A stretch of DNA of 64,000 bases from Eledone cirrhosa (lineage: Eukaryota), in contig OZ024741.1 in NCBI GenBank assembly GCA_964016885.1, forward strand, positions 347,138,001 to 347,202,000, in the 5' to 3' direction. The position numbers and the translations under genes were made by a program. A model generated the notes under the pieces. It was not told where the DNA came from. It saw nothing but the letters and a program-made list of their open reading frames with translations, and made no database searches. The first letter of the stretch is position 1. Every line of letters starts with the position of its first letter. Below, piece by piece: positions 55,883-64,000 of this stretch.

Positions 55883-56645
55883 TAAAAAGAATAGAAGAAG
55901 ATTGAATACATATTTTAACCCCCCCCCATTTAACTCCGAAGTGGCTACGAATATTCCTAGGGCCTTCTTCTCTGTGTTAGAAAGGAACTTCCCTCCTGGT
56001 AATAGGTACCATTCTATCCTCAATAAGAATGTCGTTAAACTCTCGTATTCTACAACCCCAAATCTGGCCTCTCATCTAGCCAATACCAATAATAAGAAAA
56101 TTAAGGAAGGCCTCGACACCTTACGCCTAGAGGAAAACATTGGAGTCGACAGAGGTAGCCTGAACACCCGTGGTCAGCAAGCTGGTGATCATTTAGATAA
56201 TAGCATCACCAGAAATTGTAACTGTAGAAGGGCTTCGGGCTGCCCCCTGAATGGTTTCTGCCTTACTAGAAACATAGTTTATGCGTGTGATGTGGTAACT
56301 ACTGCGTCCACTAAAACTTATATTGGATCAACTTCCACCCCTTTTAAAACCAGATTTAACTCCCACCAGTGTACATTTAGACATAATAAACTGAAGAATT
56401 CTACCTCCTTGGCAGCGCACGTCCACAATTTAAAAAATGCACGAACACAGTACACCCTCACTTGGCGGCAAGTTGCTAAATCCCATCGATATACTCCTCA
56501 TAATAGAGTATGTAACCTATGCCTTACGGAATCCCACTCTATTATATTTGCCAAGTGCTCCCTACTAAATAGAAAGTCAGAAATATTTTCCTCTTGCCCC
56601 CACCGGATATTAAGCTCTTTCTTTTACTTTAAGCCTATTAGCTAG
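54183..56645 (+). pseudogene. PLE4 RT + GIY-YIG polyprotein (~820 codons) with two in-frame stops (54705 TAA, 54723 TAG)
   Basis: ORFs 54141-54707 and 54807-56645 are in the same frame. SLKNIP, RVRWRAFHF, SDKT, QFDIDAYY, YRDD, SNHP, CNCRRASGCPL, IVY..TYIG, CNLC, LLNRKSE..CPH. Confidence 0.95.
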
Positions 56646-58196
56646 CACTTTCAGAAATCTCCAGTTGGGTAATCTAGTGTAATTGTCTCCTATTGTTTGT
56701 CTTGTTTGTATATGTGTCTGTGTGTATATGTATGCCTGCATGTGAATATGGAATTTGGATATCGAGGTGTATACGTGAGTTGGTGTATATGTTAATAAGC
56801 GCCCATGTTCGGTACAGTGGATGTGACCCTTCCATACTTGCCCAGCCACCGTGTGTGTGTTTGTGCATTGGTGGGTCTATCCCAACGTGTATTGTATGGA
56901 TTTGTACCTTTGTATGCTCATGAGTTGTGATGTAATACATCTATGTAGAGTGTGTACTGCGTTATAAGATGCACAATTGATTATATTTAACCTTCCCCTC
57001 ACATTTTATCTTATTTTAGTGTATTTAAATTACCTCGTTGACTCGGAGAGAACCAATGGGCCTGTGTCCATATGGGACGGAGATTTAGCCAGTCACTGTG
57101 AGTTGACCTGTGCCATCTCGCCGTGGGCAGTAGATATGGAGTACATGTATGTGTTACCCTCCTATTCTGCGGTTCACAGTCTACATGCTGACTTTGGGGT
57201 GTTTTTGCCCGGTGTTGTATTTTTGGCATAGTTGGCCTTCCATAAATTGACGCTCTGTGTTATTCTCCCAAGAATAACGTCTTGGCCCCGATAGCCTTCC
57301 GTATTTATTAACGGTTTGTTTATACTTGAACCTGGTGACTACACGTGTGAATACGCATCTCCTCATAAGGTTTTATTTTGAATATTAATCGTGATTACTC
57401 TGGCTAATTTACTGTGAAACTACATTATCTGCGACCAGTGAGAGCAACTGTTATGGGTTTTTTACTTTTGTTAGCTGGGTAAGATATTTTGTGTAATATA
57501 TCCGCGTAGATTTGGGTGTCCGGTGCGGTGTGTGTGTGTGTGTGTGTGTATGTATATATTTATGTGTATATACGTGTATGTGTATATATATATATATATA
57601 TATATACTGTCTCTGTATATGTGTGTATGTATACTGTCTCTGTATATACATGTTTGTGTGTATGTGTGTATGTATAAGTATACATATACTGTCTCTGGAC
57701 TAACCCTAATGTTGCGTACATTCTTGCTCAATGTTGTGATTATGTAGTTATCGGCTTTGGAAGCTATTTGTTACGCACGTTGTTGAGTTTTCTTATATTA
57801 AATGGTATGCATAATAACCTGCTTCACCTGACTGCGTTTTACCACCTGCACTTGCCTGCTTCTGCTCACTAATATGCGCCTCAGTTATTTGCCTCTTGAT
57901 GTTCGTGCTGCTGTATATGAATTTGCCTGCAACCTTCCCAGCATATGCTCCTGCTTGTGATACGGATACACCTTGTTAACCAATTAATTCTTGCCTGAGT
58001 GCTCAACTCTATGAATGCACATCTATGTATTGAACTTTGGAGTGTGAACTTTTTGGGATTGCCCAACCGCTCAACTTTATGAATGCACACCTGTGGATTG
58101 AACTTTGGGTGTGAACTTTTGTGACTGTCCAACCTGGGATGTTTCCATTGCATTGTAATGGTCCACTGAATCTAGTGCGGACATAGCATCTGTTCA

Positions 58197-58660
58197 TAAA
58201 AAATAAAAAATAAAAAATAAAAAATAAAAAATAAAAAATAAAAAATAAAAAATAAAAAATAAAAAATAAAAAATAAAAAATAAAAAATAAAAAATAAAAA
58301 ATAAAAAATAAAAAATAAAAAAATAAAAAATAAAAAATAAAAAATAAAAAATAAAAAATAAAAAATAAAAAATAAAAAATAAAAAATAAAAAATAAAAAA
58401 TAAAAAATAAAAAATAAAAAATAAAAAATAAAAAATAAAAAATAAAAAATAAAAAATAAAAAATAAAAAATAAAAAAATAAAAAATAAAAAATAAAAAAT
58501 AAAAAATAAAAAATAAAAAATAAAAAATAAAAAATAAAAAATAAAAAATAAAAAATAAAAAATAAAAAATAAAAAATAAAAAATAAAAAATAAAAAATAA
58601 AAAATGAAAAATAAAAAATAAAAAATAAAAAATAAAAAATAAAAAATAAAAAATAAAAAA
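58197..58660. repeat. (AAAAAAT)n tract in the PLE4 3' region
   Basis: Direct reading. Confidence 0.95.
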
Positions 58661-59823
58661 TCTCATTCGAACACTATTGTTGAACTGCGGCTAACTGCAA
58701 CACCTAAGGCGTTCGTGTGCTCCTGATATATTCCATATATCACCATGAGTCAACACTAGTGTCACCTTAGGATTTCTATAATAATATTATTATTACATGC
58801 CCTAATAATTACCATCTTGATTACCCTTATTACATCTTTTTACCCCCAGTTACATTTTTATAAATATGCATTACTTGGACTGATATGTGTATATATATAT
58901 ATATATATATCCTTGTATATAGTCTCTTTTATATATATTTTTTATATATATTTTTGTATATATTTTTGTATATTTTATATATTGTACGTATATCACTTGT
59001 TGAACATAGCTTGATAGCTTATGCATTTGCCAGTCTTATCTTTACCCACACCTTCCTTTATAGTGTATATTTTACTCCATTTTTGTTGGTGTATTGTTTT
59101 ATTTATCTTCTGGTGTATATTTTACTTTACTTTATTTTATTTTATTTTATTTTATTTTATTTTATTTTATTTTATTTTTTATTTTTTATCTTTTATCTAT
59201 TTTTTATCTATTTTTTATCTATTTCTTATCTATTTTTTTTCTATTTTTTATCTATTTCTTATCTATTTTTTATCTATTTTTTATCTTTTTATCTATTTTT
59301 TATCTATGTTTTATCTACCTCTTATCTATTTTTTTTATCTATCTCTATCTCTTAACTTGTGCCCATCCGTCTATGATATGTTATTTGTATTAGTGTATAC
59401 TGTATGTGTTGCATACGGGTGCTTGTGTGTAGGTGCATATGGGTGCTCATGCTTATGCGTATACTTGTATGTAACTGTATGTTAACGGAACCCTGCCAAA
59501 CTGTGAGTGATAACATTTCTTATTTTTCATTTTTATTTTTATTTTTATTTTTATTTTTATTTTTATTTTTATTTTTATTTTTATTTTTATTTTTATTTTT
59601 AATTTTATTTTTATTTTTATTTTTATTTTTATTTTTATTTTTATTTTTATTTTTATTTTTATTTTTATTTTTATTTTTATTTTTATTTTTATTTTTATTT
59701 TACTCTTTTCTTATTTTACTCCTTTTACTTTACTCTTTAAACTCCTCCCAACTTATGGTATCCCCACATATATTCTTCTGTTTTGGCTTTGTCAATGCTT
59801 GTATACTATGTATTTACTCTTTA

Positions 59824-59869
59824 TGCTCTGAAGAGTCCCACTTCTAGTGTGGACGAAACACTGTTAGCA
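59824..59869 (+). ncRNA. Minimal hammerhead in the PLE4 3' pLTR (family G)
   Basis: Identical to 53928-53973, 5896 bp downstream. Confidence 0.85.
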
Positions 59870-59933
59870 ATTAAAGATATACCTATGTTCTAAGCGCTCT
59901 TTGTTGTTAATTGTATTGTATATATATATATAA

Positions 59934-60630
59934 TTGGAAAAAATGAAATTTCATTACTCACTTTTAGTACGGCTGATACTTAAATGTAAGTATGTATACG
60001 TACATACATATATGTATACAGACGTACAGTAGCATGTATATACATACAGGCACATATATATATATACATGTACGTATGGGTTTACCGAATATTTATTATA
60101 ATTCTCGGTTTGTCTGTAAACAAACATCCCGATTTATTAGCCGTACAGTGTTCAGCATCCATCGCTGTCCTATTTGTTTAAAACTGACAAAGGAACGATG
60201 AACTAGTTTCCAGCTTATTAGCTATCATCATCACTGTATACCTTCCTGTCAGTTGATTGAACGTTTGAAAGTATAAACTTTCTTATGCATATTAACGCCT
60301 GACCAACCTAATTTGCATATTGACTGTGTTAGTCGGCCGAGCGTACCGAAAACGATAAATGGAAACAAATGAAATTTCATTTCTCACTCTTAGTACGGCT
60401 GATACTTAAATGTATGTATGTATACCAACATACATATATGATTACAGACGTACAGTAGCATATATATGCATACATACATGCACACATATATATATGTATG
60501 TATGGGTTTACCCATACATTTATTATAAGCCGTACAGTGTTGGCAACCTTCTGTCAGTTGATTGAATGTTTGAAAGTATATACTTATCTTATGCATATTA
60601 ACGGCTGAGCACCCTAATTTCCATATCGAG
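59934..60630 (-). mobile_element. Older degenerate ~2-unit copy of the family A repeat
   Basis: Matches the array unit; HHR remnant at 60196-60236 has AUGAUGA (C3 lost); the second unit has deleted its HHR. Confidence 0.85.
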
Positions 60631-60642
60631 CGATACATACTT

Positions 60643-60673
<31 letters not shown>

Positions 60674-60675
<2 letters not shown>

Positions 60676-60916
60676 ACGAAGGAAATGTGGTAAGGAACCA
60701 GGTGGACCATAACGCACCAAAGTACTCAATACTTGGGGTAGTAGAGTGGGTAATAGGAACCAGTAAGACCCCGACGGCTGAGCTCAAGCCGTTTCGACGG
60801 CTAATTCTGGACTAAATGAAAATTTATCCGGATAAAATTTATCTGGATAAATTTTCATTTAGTCCAGAATTAGCCGCCGAAACGGCTTGAGCTCAGCCGT
60901 CGGGGTCTTACTGGTT

Positions 60917-60920
<4 letters not shown>
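60674..60920 (-). mobile_element. Fold-back element family I (half hammerhead), second copy
   Basis: Arms 60752-60830 and 60842-60920; GAAAC-GGCU-UGAGCUC-AGCC-GUC; (TA)n flanks. Confidence 0.78.
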
Positions 60921-60973
<53 letters not shown>

Positions 60974-61121
60974 GGAGTGTAACTTGGAGTTACTTTAGGT
61001 TCACCCGGGTGAGCACTCGATGTTTAGGTTCACTTCAGTGACGATGTGTTGAGCTAGACAGACTGTATTATAGTGAAAAGATAACAAGGACGATTGGTTA
61101 CTCCTTCATTACATTTATTGG

Positions 61122-61155
61122 TTGGTGACGCGCGTTTCGCCACTCATCAGCTCAA
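61122..61155 (-). ncRNA. Ultra-minimal or degenerate hammerhead at the PLE5 3' end (family H)
   Basis: CUGAUGA-GUGGC-GAAAC-GCGC-GUC; palindromic ACGCGCGU; stem II is a single bp and stem I pairs poorly. Confidence 0.55.
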
Positions 61156-61595
61156 GGTTCGATCTGTATCGATCTTACCTGACTCTGTAAACCGCGGCTG
61201 GTCGGACCCCTTGTAATGTTAGTAGAAAATGAATACATGCTGTATGATAAAGTCAGAAGTTCATATGTTGGTCTATAAAGATTGTTTTGATTGGTGGATT
61301 AGTTTGTAGGGATGTTTTTGCCTGTAGTGTATGCGGGGATTGGGTTGGTGATAAGATGTTGGTGACCGTCGCAGGCTGAAGTATGTGGGTGTGTGGGGTG
61401 CCGGTTGTCGCTATACAATCGGCATGTAGCTGTGGGTGATTTTTGTGTGTGGTATGGGTGTGGTGCTGTTGTTTGTGGGAAAGATGAGGTAGCGATGCTT
61501 ATGATGGTGTGATGAATGTGTTGGTGGTGTCAATTTCAATAAGGATATACATACATAGACACACTTAATCTGACAAATACGTTGTATACATACAC

Positions 61596-61666
<71 letters not shown>

Positions 61667-61668
61667 TT

Positions 61669-61757
<89 letters not shown>

Positions 61758-62379
61758 GTGGAGATGGCGTTGTACAAATAAATATAATTACATACAGACA
61801 CACACACATGCGTTGTTTTGGGAGGGAAGATATGTGTTGGTGATGTTGATGATTGTTGAAGTATGGAGTTGTGCCTCTTGGTGGCGGTGGTGGTGGGTGC
61901 GACAAAATATTAACTGGATCGAATTTTACGATGGATTACAGGCTAAAATATGACATAGGGAACACGGGAAAAACAAGGTTGTAAATGAGGGATGGTGGAC
62001 GAATAGCGATGTGTATGGTGGTGGTGGTGGTGGTGGCGATGGAGTGATATGTTCGACATTATATTTACAGGATCGGATGTGACGATGGTTTACAAGTTAA
62101 AACGTGACAGAGAGGACAGATAGAACACAACGGTACTGATATGAGGGATGTATGGCCATGTGTCTGTTGGTGGCGATGGTGGGGGTGATGGATGCGACAA
62201 GATATTTACAAAATCTGAAGTTACAATGGGTTACATGTTATATAAGAGATGAGGGACGGTGTGGCAAAGCAAAGGTGGTTATCACTACGTTGAGTCAGGG
62301 TTAGTGTGTGGCCCTCGGCCGAATATGTTTGTGCAGAGGTGTTCAACCTGGTGTGTCTACAATTTATAATTATGTCAGA

Positions 62380-63720
62380 CCTAGATTGAAGATATTGTTT
62401 GGAGTCTGAGGGTTTGTAGTATATGTCTGTTTCTATTTTGTTGTTTGTTTTCTTGATGAGGATGTCAAGGGAAAGAGAGTTGTTCATGGCTGTATTCCAT
62501 TGTAAATTGTAAGTTTGTATTGAGTCCATTTAGAAGTGTTTTAAACTCAATCAGTCTTTCTATACTTTCATGCTTGAAGCAGTCGTCCAGATATCTCTTC
62601 CAGTTTGTTTCTGTGTGTAGGTAGAAGTGGTTACCGTATTTGTCTAGAACTTTGCGGTAGAGAGTGGTTTCCAAATATATCATGACAAGGTTGGCGTATG
62701 AGGGGGCTACTTTCGTGCCCATGGCAGTTCCAGATTTCTGTCTAGTATTTGGCATCGAATTCGAAGAAGTTGTTTTCCAAGATGAATTTGAGTCCCTCCA
62801 ACACAAATTCTTTAGGGATGCGCTGGGGAAGTTCACTAGGGAAATTTTCCATCCAGAATTGTATTGACTCTATACCTAGGTTGTGTGGCATATTGGAATA
62901 CAGATTGAAGACATCAAAGGTTACTAGTATGTTATATTCAGTATTAAGGGTTGTTGGGTGGTGGTTGAGCATGTCAATCTCGTCCTTTTTGAAGCTTTTC
63001 ATGTGTTTTAGGAAAGATTCCAGCAGAATATCTAGGAAGTTGCTTAGGGGTGGGTTTCACATGTGGTACCTGCTATTATGGGTCTTAATTTTAGGTCATC
63101 AGGAGAGGGGATATTGATGTAAATATTTGTGGCTTCCTTGCAGGCCCTGCCTATTACTTCGCTTTTGTGTGTTTTGGGGATACCGTATAAGAGGTTGGAT
63201 CTGCTTTTGAAATTGGTGATGTAGTTATATTCCTTATCGGTAAGGCCTTCTTTGTACAGGGGTGTTAGGGATTTTAGGGTTCTCATTATTTTCTGTTGTG
63301 TGTAGTATTTGGCCTTTTCGTAATATGTTTGGTTTTCTAGAGTTGAGAGTACTAGAGTCGTGTAGTAATCTGTCTTCATAATGACTACTGCACTCCCTCT
63401 ATCCGCCTCTTTGAGTATTAGGGTTTTGTCGTTCTTTAGACGGTTAAGACGATTCCATTATTTTTGGCTTAGGTTTGGTTTTTGTTTATGTCTGTGTAGG
63501 TGGTGGTATGGGTAATTAGTAATGTGTTCCCAGAATTGATCGAGTAATTTGTTCTTGCCTTTTGGTGGGGTGTAATTGCTTCTATTTCTGGCTATTGAGT
63601 TATCCTCGTTGTATTTATCGTATATTTGCTCCCTCAGTCTTAGTTTTCTCCAGAATTCTGCAATGTCTTCCTTCATTGCGGGGTAGTTAGGTCGTTGAGG
63701 AGTTGGCGAGTATGTTGATT
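62380..63720 (-). pseudogene. PLE5 reverse transcriptase, frameshifted
   Basis: EADRGSAVVIM, LYGIPKTHK, LRPII, TFDVFNLYSNM, GTAMGTKVAPSYANL, WKRYLDD, DIYYKPSDSKQYL. No GIY-YIG recognised. Confidence 0.9.
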
Positions 63721-64000
63721 TGGTCTGTTATTAATTTTTTAGGAGTTAAATTAACGATTTTTATTACATTTTGTGTCTCCTGTGTGTTTTGTGTCATCTC
63801 GTTACCCTGTGTCTGTGTGCTGTGTCTATAAAATGACTACGGAAGTTGTGGTGGTTGTTGTTAGAGGGTGTGTAGCTGTGGTGTTTGTTGAAGTTAGGTT
63901 GTATCGTGTGGTTGTATTGAGCCTTGCTTTTGTTGTTGTAGGGTGTGTAAACTTGGTGGTAGTTGTAGTAGGGTTGTCTTGTGTGGTTATATTGAGTTTT

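Larger units (their letters stand above)
53152..59917 (+). mobile_element. Penelope-like element PLE4 (Naiad-type), near full length, direct pLTRs
   Basis: Direct repeats ~53152-54021 and ~59170-59917, each with an HHR and (TTTTTA)n; central RT-GIY-YIG ORF; TA tracts at both ends. Confidence 0.95.
60971..64000 (-). mobile_element. Degenerate Penelope-like element PLE5 (Penelope/Poseidon/Neptune-type RT); runs off the right edge
   Basis: RT fragments at 62380-63720; HHR-like motif near the 3' end; the 3' end abuts (TA)n. Confidence 0.75.

Overview
AT-rich, microsatellite-laden eukaryotic DNA with no confidently recognisable host gene. The SINE family and (TA)n/(CA)n load suggest a mollusc, probably a cephalopod (inference). 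The window is dominated by Penelope-like retroelements (PLEs) and hammerhead-ribozyme (HHR) bearing derivatives. There are four decayed Naiad-type PLEs (RT with YRDD, CxCx5C linker, GIY-YIG) at about 14.5-19.1, 24.2-28.05, 28.07-32.2 and 53.1-59.9 kb, and one Penelope/Poseidon/Neptune-type PLE from about 61 kb to the window end. The 466-bp tandem 'satellite' at 1-5196 carries a minimal type I hammerhead in every unit on the minus strand, making it a retrozyme-like array; dispersed relatives lie at 36.5-37.6 and 59.9-60.6 kb. Several small non-coding fold-back elements also carry hammerheads. By eye I count about 30 HHR motifs in at least 8 sequence families. Most sit in (TA)n tracts and many have PLE-style 5' inversions. 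tRNA-derived SINEs, a hAT MITE, a Tc1/mariner MITE and LINE fragments fill the rest. All structures were folded by eye and none has been tested.
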